From contig CAZXEW010000030.1 in NCBI GenBank assembly GCA_964640215.1, forward strand, positions 17,920 through 81,919: a stretch of DNA of 64,000 bases, written 5' to 3'. Made by a program: the position numbers and the translations under genes. Every line of letters starts with the position of its first letter. Within the stretch, counting starts at the first letter, position 1. Under the pieces are notes generated by a model, which searched no databases, was not told the DNA's origin, and saw only the letters and a list, made by a program, of their open reading frames with translations. This DNA comes from an uncultured Gammaproteobacteria bacterium. GTDB taxonomy: Bacteria > Patescibacteriota > Microgenomatia > Daviesbacterales > UBA10151. This document shows positions 8,765 through 18,232 of the stretch, piece by piece.

Positions 8765-9457
8765 AATTAGGGTCCGTAGAATTAGGGTCCGACCCTTAGG
8801 TTTCAAGGGTCAATTCCCCTAAGGCTTCTTCAGTATTTTCTAGATAGTCTTCAACAAAATTTTCATACGAAAGGCAGTCTCTTAGATAGATATTGTGCGC
8901 AGTTTTGAAAAATGACAAAATAAAATCAGGTTTCACCCAATCAGCTTTAGCTAAAGATAGATAGTAACGATAGCTTGAAAAATCATATGTTTTAGGGTCG
9001 GACCCTGGATAAGGGTTAAGATGGATATAACGTGACAGGTGTAACAGGTAGATATCTTCCAGAATTATTGTTGCTTTATATTTTCCTTGAAATAACGTGC
9101 CTACCCGGTTGTATTTGAGATTGAAGAAAGTTGCATATTTAGTGCAGACGGCACGCATAAGCTTTGTTATCCCATCCTTAGTGATTTGATGTAGCATTAA
9201 ATGGAAATGATTTGGCATTAAGCAAAAGGCAAGTAAATTTACCTCTTGAGCTAGAGATTTAGGGTCCGACCCTAATGTTGGGTCAAGGTAATGTTTCAAA
9301 TAACTTAGGAAGATGGTGTAATCTTGCCTATCAAGAAAGATAATACGTTTTTCTACGCCTCGATTGTAAACATGGTAATAACTATTTTCGGAGAATTGTC
9401 TGATAGTGTTTTTTGCTGGCATTTGTTTTTTTGTTATCGGCTTTAGGGTCCGACCCC
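8765..9457. repeat. cluster of five copies of a 13-nt REP-like palindrome AGGGTC(C/G)GACCCT: 8765-8778 (imperfect), 8784-8796, 8994-9006, 9261-9273, 9445-9457
   Basis: Palindromes read directly. Two copies flank the RAYT gene on each side and two lie inside its CDS, each encoding G-S-D-P. Confidence 0.6.
8796..9422 (-). CDS. REP-associated tyrosine transposase (RAYT; IS200/IS605 TnpA-like HUH Y1 transposase)
   Basis: YHVYNRG N-terminal motif, HFHLML HUH motif, and a catalytic Tyr region QGKYKA. 208 aa. Flanked by REP palindromes. Confidence 0.75.
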   Translation of the reverse strand: MPAKNTIRQFSENSYYHVYNRGVEKRIIFLDRQDYTIFLSYLKHYLDPTLGSDPKSLAQEVNLLAFCLMPNHFHLMLHQITKDGITKLMRAVCTKYATFFNLKYNRVGTLFQGKYKATIILEDIYLLHLSRYIHLNPYPGSDPKTYDFSSYRYYLSLAKADWVKPDFILSFFKTAHNIYLRDCLSYENFVEDYLENTEEALGELTLET

Positions 9458-9525
9458 AGGCAGGAGTGCATGTGCGTAGTTTAGCAGTAATGGTGAGTTT
9501 GTCAAATTGTGATATTATCTACTGG

Positions 9526-10389
9526 ATGAGTGCACGGGAGTGGTTGGAGAAAGCTAAAAGGGAGAAATTTGCGATTGGGGCCTTTAATGTGGCCAATTTG
9601 GAGACGTTTAAGGCGGTGGCGCAGGCGGCGGCGAATAAAAAATCGCCGGTGATAATTGAGAGCTCGCCGGGGGAGACGGAATGGATGGGGGCGGAAAATG
9701 TGGTTGATTTGGCGCGCAATTATTCGTTAGAATGCGGGGTGCCGATTTTGGTCAATTTGGATCATTCGTTGGAGGTCAAAGATTGTTTGAGTGCGATCGA
9801 GGCGGGTTATGATCTGATTCATTTTGATGGCTCGAAGTTGCCAATTGTGGAAAATATCCGTTTAACCAAACAGGTGGCCGAAGCGGCGCATGCTAAGGGT
9901 TTGACGGCCGAGGGGGAGCTTGATCATATCGGTGGATCGTCCGAGGTTCATGCCGGGGCGGCAGCTGATGAAGCCAGCAAAGTACCAATGACTGAACCAG
10001 AAAACGCTAAGAGGTTTGTTGAGGAGACGGGGGTGGATATATTCGCGGCTTTTGTGGGAAATGTCCATGGATTATATACCGGTGGAATGAAAAAATTGGA
10101 TGTGGAGCGGGTTAAGGCGATTGCCGAGGCGACGGGGGTGTTTTTGTCGCTGCACGGATCCTCGGGCATACCCGAGGATCAGGTTAAGGCCGCGATTCAA
10201 AACGGAATCGTCAAGGTAAACCTGAACTCTGAAGTTCGCCAGGCTTTTAAGGATGAGTTAGAAAAAATTCTCCAACAAAATCCGGATGAGTATGCGATGT
10301 ATAAAGCCCTCCCTCCGGTGGTTGATGCAATCCGCCAATTAGTAGAACACAAAATCGACCTTTTCGGATCAGCCGGGAAAGCAGTTTAA
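9526..10389 (+). CDS. fba: class II fructose-bisphosphate aldolase
   Basis: NLDHS, HFDGS, GNVHG and LHGSSG motifs of class II FBP/tagatose-BP aldolases. The start is placed at MSAREWLEKAK; the ORF-track start at 9406 lies over the REP/RAYT region. Confidence 0.85.
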   Translation: MSAREWLEKAKREKFAIGAFNVANLETFKAVAQAAANKKSPVIIESSPGETEWMGAENVVDLARNYSLECGVPILVNLDHSLEVKDCLSAIEAGYDLIHFDGSKLPIVENIRLTKQVAEAAHAKGLTAEGELDHIGGSSEVHAGAAADEASKVPMTEPENAKRFVEETGVDIFAAFVGNVHGLYTGGMKKLDVERVKAIAEATGVFLSLHGSSGIPEDQVKAAIQNGIVKVNLNSEVRQAFKDELEKILQQNPDEYAMYKALPPVVDAIRQLVEHKIDLFGSAGKAV

Positions 10390-10523
10390 CTAAAGCTGAG
10401 GCAGGATTTCGGTGATAGCTTGGTCAATTGTTTTGACAGTAACTCCGCTTTGTTTGATCATCTCCAGCTCGGCTGGGAAAACCGTCTAAGCTATTTTGTT
10501 TGGTTTATCAGCTAAGAAGAAAC

Positions 10524-10541
10524 TCCGACGTACGTCGGAGA
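10524..10541 (-). terminator. perfect 18-nt hairpin CTCCGACGTACGTCGGAG between convergent genes, with a T-run on the minus strand
   Basis: The palindrome reads directly. The minus strand continues TTTCTTCTT after the stem, immediately downstream of the GT2 fusion gene end at 10561. Confidence 0.5.
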
Positions 10542-10560
10542 GCTTCATTGATGGGTAATA

Positions 10561-13479
10561 TTACTTGGTGCTTATTAAAGTAGATTTTGAGGAAACAGAA
10601 TAAAGATCTTGTCCATTTTCAGACAAATCGTTTTTACCAACATAATTTTTCGTGCCTTTAAAAGTCTTTGTATAAATACCAAAATCCCAGTTGTTCTTAA
10701 TTATATTATTTGCGACCTTATTACTTGAGGCATCATCAACAAAATAAACACCAACTTTGTTATTTGTAATATTGTTGTCATTGATCTGGTTCGAATCTGT
10801 TTTTACATAAACTGCAGTTTGGTTTTGGCTAAAAATATTATTTGAAACAGTATTGTTATCTGCTTGGCCGTAAAGATATACTCCATATTGCTTATTTTTA
10901 CTAAACTCATTGAGAGTAATTTGGTTTTTTTGGGATCTGGTGTTGGCTCTGAAGCCCCTCTGATTCCCGTATATTTTATTATTCTTAACTATATTATTGC
11001 TTGAGTCATAGAAGGCAATACCGTCTTTATTACCATAAACGGTATTATTTTCGACGATATTACTATTTGAATCCCGATCCAACATTATTCCGTGGAGTTT
11101 ATTGTTGTAAGAGAGGTTATTTCTAATAATATTATTAACACATCTTTTAGAGAAAATTATTCCGTGGTTGCCATTGTTGCGAGAAATATTATTCTCAACT
11201 AAAAATCCATTTGAATCATCGTGTGGATCCAGTCCATATTGGATGTTTTCATAAAACTCATTACCTGCCCAAACCATACCAACCGCACCGTATGTATATG
11301 CTCCGAAGTAATTATGGTGGAATTTTGAATTTTTAACCTCTCCTGTTACAAAATACTTACCGGCTGTTCCATCTGGTAATTTCCAGGAAACTCCATAAGA
11401 TGAACCATCCAAACTTGAATGAGGATCAAATCCTAAGTAACCCAAATCAGAATTTAGAATATCCATTCTTGAGCTATATTTGGCCATAATAAAACTTCTG
11501 CCATCTTTGTCATTCTTATCATAGTCATTTTTAGTCGTGTCCCAAGAAGATATTCTGACCCCATCAATGTGGACATTTCCGCCCCATGTTCGAATAGATA
11601 CAAAGTTCCCAGGCTCACTCTTAAGTTTTAACCATTCAACCTCATCCTTACTTAAGTATAAAGAGACTCCTTTTTCAATCTTAAGGTTGGCTTTGAGTAG
11701 CCACTCTTTAGGTTTGGTTTGTTCAATTTTGTCATTTCCTAATTTTGTCTGTAAATCGGCCAGTTTTATTGGGTTACCTCTGCCAAAAACATGAATTGTG
11801 TTATCTTCCTTATCATAGATAATCTCAAGCTTTGTGACTTTCTTAATTGTGTATGAGTTGGTATGAGGAGACTCTAAGCTAAATTGTTGATAAGGGATGC
11901 TGAGGATTGTTCCTGGCTCAATTCTGTTCCAATTAGGTAAGATATTTAAGTTTGCTTCAACTATATCTTGAACATCTGTATCAAAAGCAACCGCAATTCC
12001 AGATAGGATATCTCCCTGCTTAACAACATATTTTTTTATTAACAAACCATTATCATTAATATAAGTTTTAGAGTCTAAATCACTAACTTGCTCTAATTTA
12101 ATATTGCTGTCTAAAACTATATTCTCAGCCTGTATTTTAGTATCTACCAGATTTTGAGCAAGCTGTCTATTCGGTTCCGGAAAAGTGAGGCCCGTTTTCT
12201 GGGAATAAACAAGTCCAGTCAGAACAAAAAGCAGTATTGCAGACATAGCATATGCTGGAACATAACTTAAAAATTTAAATTGAGGTAACCTGCTTTTATC
12301 CCATCGGGTAATCCAACTTTGAGTATTTAAAGTAAACAGAGCATATATTTTCAAAATTGCTGAAACAAATGTATACAATACATAAAAAGGTAAAATAGTT
12401 ACATGAGCGGGTCTTCTTTGTAAATGAGGGTAAATTTTAATAGCTCTTGAAATAAACCACCAAATGAAAATTAAACCTGCTCCTAAATATAGACTTAAGT
12501 AAAGAGATATTAAAAAGTAGATCGGGCTTAAAATCATGGCAAAGGCTTGAACAACTTTGTCAATTTGGTAAAACGCTAGAGCTGGATGTCTAAATGGCCA
12601 GCCTTGAAAAATTGCTCTTAAGTCTGCCCTTAAACTATTTCTAGTCCATCTGAGCCTTTGTTTCAAGTAGGATTTCAAATCAGTCATTCCCGGGGTATAT
12701 ACTCTGGCATTCTTTTGATAGGCAACCTTCCAACCACTAGCTAAAACTAAATAGGTTAATCTCTTGTCGTCTCCCGCGATAACTGGCTTACCCATAAAAG
12801 TCTCATTCACCAGCTCATCACACATTGGTAAAACAACACTTCTTCGATAAAATGCTGTTCTTCCAGATAAACAAACTAGAGCATCTCCAGCTGCAGCTAA
12901 AAAAGTAAATTCCTCGCAGTATCTTAAATCCAATTGAATATCAAACAATTTTTGAGCTAAGGTATGGGTTTGTAGCACGTTCTGTCTAGTTGTGACTCCG
13001 GCAACTTTAGGGTCAATAAACGGAGGTAGTGAGTTTTTCAGAACTGTTTCTGCCCAGAGAGTGTCTGAATCAACTAAAGCCACCAGCTCTCCCTTAGCAA
13101 TTTTAATTCCGTCAGCCAAAGCTGCTCTTTTACCAGGTTTTTTAGTAATAATTAGTTGTGTGTGAGAATAAGTTCTAGAAAATTTTCTAAAGATCTCTAT
13201 CGATTGTTTATCAGTGTAGTCAATTACAGCAATAATCTCAAAAGGAGCATTTTCTGCCCAAGAAAAAAGAGCTGCTTTAAATATACTTGGGTCTTCGTTA
13301 TAAACTGGCGTAATAATAGAAACAGACGCTTTGAAGTTATTCTTTTTAACTTTGTAAAATGATCCAATAACTTTTTTAACAACCCAAGTAAGCCAACGCC
13401 AAACTCCAATAATTCCGATTGGTAAATAAAATAGTATTATGGATAAGTAATGTTGGATGTAGGACAGTGTATTTTCCAT
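10561..13479 (-). CDS. membrane GT2 processive synthase of the HAS/NodC/chitin-synthase type, fused to a LysM domain and a C-terminal right-handed parallel beta-helix (PbH1) domain
   Basis: N-terminal TM helix. GT-A motifs: VDSDTLW (DxD), AGDDKRLT (GDDRxLT of HAS/NodC/CHS), QRLRWTRNS (QxxRW). Multiple TM helices follow the GT domain. A LysM domain (YVVKQGDILSGIAVAFDTDVQDIVEANL) is followed by ~12 NNxIxxN/GIxx beta-helix repeats. Confidence 0.8.
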   Translation of the reverse strand: MENTLSYIQHYLSIILFYLPIGIIGVWRWLTWVVKKVIGSFYKVKKNNFKASVSIITPVYNEDPSIFKAALFSWAENAPFEIIAVIDYTDKQSIEIFRKFSRTYSHTQLIITKKPGKRAALADGIKIAKGELVALVDSDTLWAETVLKNSLPPFIDPKVAGVTTRQNVLQTHTLAQKLFDIQLDLRYCEEFTFLAAAGDALVCLSGRTAFYRRSVVLPMCDELVNETFMGKPVIAGDDKRLTYLVLASGWKVAYQKNARVYTPGMTDLKSYLKQRLRWTRNSLRADLRAIFQGWPFRHPALAFYQIDKVVQAFAMILSPIYFLISLYLSLYLGAGLIFIWWFISRAIKIYPHLQRRPAHVTILPFYVLYTFVSAILKIYALFTLNTQSWITRWDKSRLPQFKFLSYVPAYAMSAILLFVLTGLVYSQKTGLTFPEPNRQLAQNLVDTKIQAENIVLDSNIKLEQVSDLDSKTYINDNGLLIKKYVVKQGDILSGIAVAFDTDVQDIVEANLNILPNWNRIEPGTILSIPYQQFSLESPHTNSYTIKKVTKLEIIYDKEDNTIHVFGRGNPIKLADLQTKLGNDKIEQTKPKEWLLKANLKIEKGVSLYLSKDEVEWLKLKSEPGNFVSIRTWGGNVHIDGVRISSWDTTKNDYDKNDKDGRSFIMAKYSSRMDILNSDLGYLGFDPHSSLDGSSYGVSWKLPDGTAGKYFVTGEVKNSKFHHNYFGAYTYGAVGMVWAGNEFYENIQYGLDPHDDSNGFLVENNISRNNGNHGIIFSKRCVNNIIRNNLSYNNKLHGIMLDRDSNSNIVENNTVYGNKDGIAFYDSSNNIVKNNKIYGNQRGFRANTRSQKNQITLNEFSKNKQYGVYLYGQADNNTVSNNIFSQNQTAVYVKTDSNQINDNNITNNKVGVYFVDDASSNKVANNIIKNNWDFGIYTKTFKGTKNYVGKNDLSENGQDLYSVSSKSTLISTK

Positions 13480-13496
13480 AAGCGTAAAAACTTAAA

Positions 13497-14414
13497 TTAA
13501 AGAGGTAAACCTGTTGTGAAAGATGAGTGAATTTTTCTAGAAGGAGTTTTGGTGTTTTTAAAGGTATTATTTACTTCTATTGTTGTCTCAAGTAGATTTG
13601 CTTCTAAACCTTTCTTTTGCGCCCAGGCTAAGAATGCCTGAGTGTCTTTTGGTAAACAAGCACCAGAGAAAGGACCAAAATCTCGGGTACCATATTTAGG
13701 GTTCCAAATACCCTCGCAGCTTTTAGTTGTAAGCTCAAACATATGGTCTGAATCAACCTTTATAGCTTTAGCAATTGTTCTCATTTCGTTAAAGAAGGTA
13801 ATCTTGAAGGCGTTAAAAAGATTATGAACGTATTTTTGCATCTCAGCTTCTATTAGGGGAACCCTGTAAATTGGACAGTTGAATTTCTGATACACTTTTT
13901 CAAGTAAGTCGCCAGATCTTTTATCAAATTCTCCAATAACAACTACCCAAGGATTTGCAAAATCTTCGACTGAGGATACTTCTCTTAAGTATTCTGGATT
14001 CATACAAACTCCAAAATCTATACCTACTTTTTTACCGGAGTATTTTTCAAGGATTTTAACAATGCTTTCGGTTGTTCCTGGAGGTACAGTACTTCTAACC
14101 ACAGCTAAGTGGTATTTTGGCATTTTTACAAGTCTTTTGCCCAAGTCTTTAGCAGCAAGTTTTATATAATCTAACTGGATTTCACCGTTAAGAGTAGGGG
14201 TTGGAACAGTAAATATAGATATATCGGTATTATTTGGTATATCAGAATCACTTGCCAGGTTGGCTATAAAACCCTGATCTTTAAGTTTCTCAATAATGTT
14301 TTGATTTACATCAATAAAGTTTATATCAAAACCCTTGGAGATAAATCCTTTTCCTGTAGCCTGGCCAACTACACCGGAACCAATGATTGATAATTTAAGT
14401 TTCTTATTTCTCAT
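13497..14414 (-). CDS. UDP-glucose/GDP-mannose 6-dehydrogenase family protein, lacking the C-terminal UDP-binding domain
   Basis: IGSGVVGQATG Rossmann motif and the catalytic-Cys motif GACLPKD (GGxCxxKD). Only 305 aa, and the stop lies 18 nt upstream of the GT2 gene. Confidence 0.7.
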   Translation of the reverse strand: MRNKKLKLSIIGSGVVGQATGKGFISKGFDINFIDVNQNIIEKLKDQGFIANLASDSDIPNNTDISIFTVPTPTLNGEIQLDYIKLAAKDLGKRLVKMPKYHLAVVRSTVPPGTTESIVKILEKYSGKKVGIDFGVCMNPEYLREVSSVEDFANPWVVVIGEFDKRSGDLLEKVYQKFNCPIYRVPLIEAEMQKYVHNLFNAFKITFFNEMRTIAKAIKVDSDHMFELTTKSCEGIWNPKYGTRDFGPFSGACLPKDTQAFLAWAQKKGLEANLLETTIEVNNTFKNTKTPSRKIHSSFTTGLPL

Positions 14415-14558
14415 TTTATTTTCTAATTTTCTATGAGCTAACTAATACAGACATATATTAAAGATTTGAGCCTAAAATATATCCAGTAGTAATTATTACA
14501 AGCTATTCTACTATAACACCAATAGTTTGTCAAGGATTAATTATAGGATACTCTTTGA

Positions 14559-15842
14559 TTAGAGTATGATCTTGCTGAGGTAGATTGGGAAGTTTAGTTC
14601 TTTAGTGGAAAAAAGAATTAAGCTGTTTTGGGTTTTAGATTGAGATAAAATATTGGGAAAAAAGGAGTCCTTCGCAATTTGAAGTTTTTCTGAGAAGGAC
14701 GCTTCAGCTTCTTTTTTAACGACTAAGTAGGATGTGCCTTCATGTGGATTATCCTCAGGAAATTCAGATTCTTTATCTGTCTCAAGCCAGGTAATAAATA
14801 AACTATTATCTATACTTACCCCTATCTGAGGAAAGAATTGAAAAGTTGCGGATTCTGACACAATTTCTGATTTTGACCAATCTTTGCCATCAAATTTTGC
14901 GTACCTAACTTGTGTTTTTCTATTACTTAGGCTAAATTCTCTCCAAGTAAGGTGTAGCCTATTTTTTGAGTCTAGTGTGACAGATAAGTGTCTGTTGTCT
15001 TGGGAGGAATTAGAAATATTTTTCCACTCAGACCAGCTGCCCCCTTCGTTTAAAGATATTGAATACCAAATTTGAGAATTATTGAGATTTTGTTTGGAGT
15101 ACATAAAAACATAAAGCAGTCCATTTTTATCCTGAATAATTGTTGGCCTGGATTGAGATCCTGATGATAAATTTATATCTTTCCAACCGGACCAATCTTT
15201 CCCATCCTTTGATTTGGAAAACTTTATCAGCTGATTATTGCTATCTTTATCTTTTCCCTCCCAGACTACAAATAAGTTATCATCCCCACCTACCAAAATA
15301 TTAGGGTGTTCCTGCCAGAGAGTTTGGTTTTTGTACCCTTCTACATAGGAAATATTAACGGCTTTCGACCAAGTTTCCCCCCCATCCTGAGAGCCAGAAT
15401 ATTTGATCTGTCGATCCCCGTCCGGGTTATTTGAATCTGCACCATACCAAATGAGATGTAGGTTATCCCTGGAATCTATAGCAATAGAGGGTACTCTTTG
15501 GCTAGCTTTATTATCAACAATGGAGACATTCTTTATAAAATCTACTTTATAGGACACGTCCCCATCTTTTTTTAATTTGGCGACAAAAATTTCATAATAA
15601 TTATTTGCTTTTTTTCTGTAAGCTACAAAAATATTCCCTTTAGAGTCAGAAACCAGTTTTTTTTGCCCACTAAAACCTAGTGCTTTATAGTCTTCTGAGA
15701 CATCGACTAAGATATTATTTATCATAAAATCTTTAGTTTCTTTCATACTTACATCCGTAGATACTTGTTTTTGAGCTGTTTTAAAAGATATCAATATAGC
15801 AGTCAGAACAACAATAATTAGTATTGGGATAATTTTTAGCAT
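14559..15842 (-). CDS. BNR/Asp-box repeat (sialidase-like beta-propeller) protein, N-terminally membrane-anchored
   Basis: Asp-box repeats SQDGGETWS, SKDGKDWS, NEGGSWSEW, DGKDWSKS. N-terminal TM helix. Confidence 0.6.
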   Translation of the reverse strand: MLKIIPILIIVVLTAILISFKTAQKQVSTDVSMKETKDFMINNILVDVSEDYKALGFSGQKKLVSDSKGNIFVAYRKKANNYYEIFVAKLKKDGDVSYKVDFIKNVSIVDNKASQRVPSIAIDSRDNLHLIWYGADSNNPDGDRQIKYSGSQDGGETWSKAVNISYVEGYKNQTLWQEHPNILVGGDDNLFVVWEGKDKDSNNQLIKFSKSKDGKDWSGWKDINLSSGSQSRPTIIQDKNGLLYVFMYSKQNLNNSQIWYSISLNEGGSWSEWKNISNSSQDNRHLSVTLDSKNRLHLTWREFSLSNRKTQVRYAKFDGKDWSKSEIVSESATFQFFPQIGVSIDNSLFITWLETDKESEFPEDNPHEGTSYLVVKKEAEASFSEKLQIAKDSFFPNILSQSKTQNSLILFSTKELNFPIYLSKIIL

Positions 15843-15956
15843 GTCGTGATTAGTGTAATAGTATCACCAAAATACCTGTTGAGATACGATCAAAGATAAA
15901 GTGGGGTATTTAGTGTTTGGCTGAATTGGTCGGATTGTTTTAGAGGAAAGTTAAAT

Positions 15957-17618
15957 TTACGATCCATGTTTGACGTCGGGGTGGGGCTTGGCGAGATGTT
16001 GGTAGGAGTAATCGAGGGTGGCGTCGACCTTTTTGTGAGGATTGAAGATGTCGTTTGGGTCGAAGATGTGTTTGACTCTTTTAAATAGTTGATAAACTTT
16101 TTGGCCGTACATTTGTTCTAAATAAGCGCCCCGGACCAAGCCGTCGTTGTGTTCGCCGGACATCGAGCCGTGATATTCAAAGACTAGACTATAAACTTTT
16201 TGGGCAATTTCCGGTAAGATTTGGCGGATTTTCGGATTGGCAAAATCGATTAGCGGAATAATGTGGAAATTGCCGTTACCGGCGTGGCCGGCGATAGTAT
16301 AGATCATCATTTTCTGATACTGGCTGAGGATTTTTTTGAGCTTGGGTAGAAAAGCTGGCAGGTCTTGGTGGCGGACGACGAGGTCGTCAATGAACGGGGC
16401 TGTTCGTTTGTGGGTGGCGTGGTGGCGAAGCAGATTAAAACTTTCCCGGCGGATGGTCCAGTATTTTTTGGACTCTGCTTCGCTTTGGGTGATGTGGGTT
16501 TTGAGATGGAACGGTTTAAGATCTGACTGAGCTTCCAGTAGTTTTTGGTTGACCTCCTCCATCGAATCGCCGGTAAATTCGGCCAGCAAAATTAGTTTCG
16601 GCAGGCCGCCGGTCAGAGACATCCACATCTCGGGAATAAATTGCCAAGCGAGTTTAAGCATACTAGTAGGGTTGATGACTTTGAAAATATCACCGATGAA
16701 GCGGGTGGCAACTTTGAGTGTCTGATCGTCGAAGGATTCCAGGCTTTCGGGCTGATGAGTCAGAAGCTGATTGATGATTTCGGCTAAATTGTTGAGATCT
16801 TTAAGGAAAATAACCAACAAGTTGGAATAGGGTTTGGGTTTGACCAGAGCAAACTCTATTTCCGTGACGATACCCAGAGTGCCTTGTGAGCCAACAATCA
16901 GTTTGTTTAAATCGAAAGTTTGGCCGTCCCAGACGTTCCAAAGCGAGTAGCCGGTTGAATTTTTAGTGACGTTCGGTTTGGCGGATTTTATCAGGTCGTA
17001 GTTGGTAGTGATTAGGTCGTAGAGCTGTTTGTAAAGCCGGCCTTCGAAATCTGGCTGAGAGAGCTTAGAGCTTAGAGCTTGAGAGGTTAGTGGTGTAATA
17101 GTGTATTCGTGGCCATCGGACAAAACAACTTTGAGGCGTTTGACGTAACGCTGCGTTTGGCCGTAGGAGAGGGTTTTTTCACCGGCCGAGTTGTTGCCGA
17201 CCATCCCGCCGACCGTGTTTATTTCGCGCGAGGCGGTATAACAGGGTAGAAGCAGTCCTTTTTTGAGGGTTTGTTTCTCAAAGTCGCGATAATAAACACC
17301 GGGTTGGGTGACGACACTATCAACTTTGACCTCCCCCATTTGGTTGAAGTGTTTGGTCATATCGAGAATAATCGAGTCGTTGATGGCGCCGCCGGACATG
17401 CAGGTACCGCCGCTGCGGGCGGTTAGAGAGAGGTTTTGATCCGGATGCTCGTTGACGAATTTGACCAGAGACTGGATATCTTTGGTGTTGGCCGGATAAA
17501 CGACGGCTTGGGGTTTAATTTCGAAAATTGAGGCATCCTGGCTGTAGGCAGTTAAGGTTTCATCGTCGGTTTTGACCTCGCCTTTGATCGCTTTTTTGAT
17601 ATCTGAAATTGTATCCAT
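15957..17618 (-). CDS. FAD-linked oxidase (GlcD/D-lactate dehydrogenase-like, PCMH-type FAD-binding)
   Basis: RSGGTCMSGG (RGGGTxxxGG motif) in an N-terminal FAD-binding domain. 553 aa with a C-terminal oxidase domain. Confidence 0.75.
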   Translation of the reverse strand: MDTISDIKKAIKGEVKTDDETLTAYSQDASIFEIKPQAVVYPANTKDIQSLVKFVNEHPDQNLSLTARSGGTCMSGGAINDSIILDMTKHFNQMGEVKVDSVVTQPGVYYRDFEKQTLKKGLLLPCYTASREINTVGGMVGNNSAGEKTLSYGQTQRYVKRLKVVLSDGHEYTITPLTSQALSSKLSQPDFEGRLYKQLYDLITTNYDLIKSAKPNVTKNSTGYSLWNVWDGQTFDLNKLIVGSQGTLGIVTEIEFALVKPKPYSNLLVIFLKDLNNLAEIINQLLTHQPESLESFDDQTLKVATRFIGDIFKVINPTSMLKLAWQFIPEMWMSLTGGLPKLILLAEFTGDSMEEVNQKLLEAQSDLKPFHLKTHITQSEAESKKYWTIRRESFNLLRHHATHKRTAPFIDDLVVRHQDLPAFLPKLKKILSQYQKMMIYTIAGHAGNGNFHIIPLIDFANPKIRQILPEIAQKVYSLVFEYHGSMSGEHNDGLVRGAYLEQMYGQKVYQLFKRVKHIFDPNDIFNPHKKVDATLDYSYQHLAKPHPDVKHGS

Positions 17619-17649
17619 TACTCTAGCTTAAGGGAGATGTGGGTTGGCG

Positions 17650-18183
17650 TCAATGACGGGACTTTTTTAGTAATGACGGTAAAAACCGATCCAGACCGAA
17701 GTAGCCGGCAGTCCGCCAGGCTAGTAACAGTAAAAATTGGAGTAGTAAAAGGACTGGATTCGTGCTGAGAGTTCCGGCCAGCAGGTAATTCATATTCATG
17801 AAGGCTCCGAAGAATGCAGCCACCGGGGTAAACGCTCCCAGGATGAGTCCAATTCCGACAGCTATTTCTCCGTAGGTAACAAGGTAGGAAAATATGGTGG
17901 AATTAGGCAGAACAAAATTTTTTAAGAACTCAGCGTACCAGAGAGAGACATCGGGATGGGCTCCGCCGGTCTTGGCTAAAGCGCCTTTGACAAAGCCTTG
18001 GATGGCAGTGCCGGCGGCGTTGCCGGTCCAGGCAGCGCTTTGGGATTTTTCAAAGCCGGCCACCAGCCATTGCCAGCCGACATAAAGGCGGATTACCAGC
18101 CAGACGACAGCCAGCCGGTGGTCACCAAACAGGAAGCTAAGTAGTCTGGGTTGCGAATTTTGACTGTCGCTGGAGTTGGCCAT
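17650..18183 (-). CDS. DoxX family membrane protein
   Basis: 4-TM protein with the DoxX-like region WLVIRLYVGWQWLVAGFEK. Confidence 0.6.
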   Translation of the reverse strand: MANSSDSQNSQPRLLSFLFGDHRLAVVWLVIRLYVGWQWLVAGFEKSQSAAWTGNAAGTAIQGFVKGALAKTGGAHPDVSLWYAEFLKNFVLPNSTIFSYLVTYGEIAVGIGLILGAFTPVAAFFGAFMNMNYLLAGTLSTNPVLLLLQFLLLLAWRTAGYFGLDRFLPSLLKKSRH

Positions 18184-18232
18184 CTATATTTATGATACAT
18201 CCAGAACTGTCAACAGTAAATATCTAGTTTAC

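Noticed and set aside
10395-10470. Short minus-strand reading frame ending ...MIKQSGVTVKTIDQAITEILPQL*
   Set aside because: It is only ~25 codons with no start context, and may be a C-terminal relic of a lost gene. It is too short to call.
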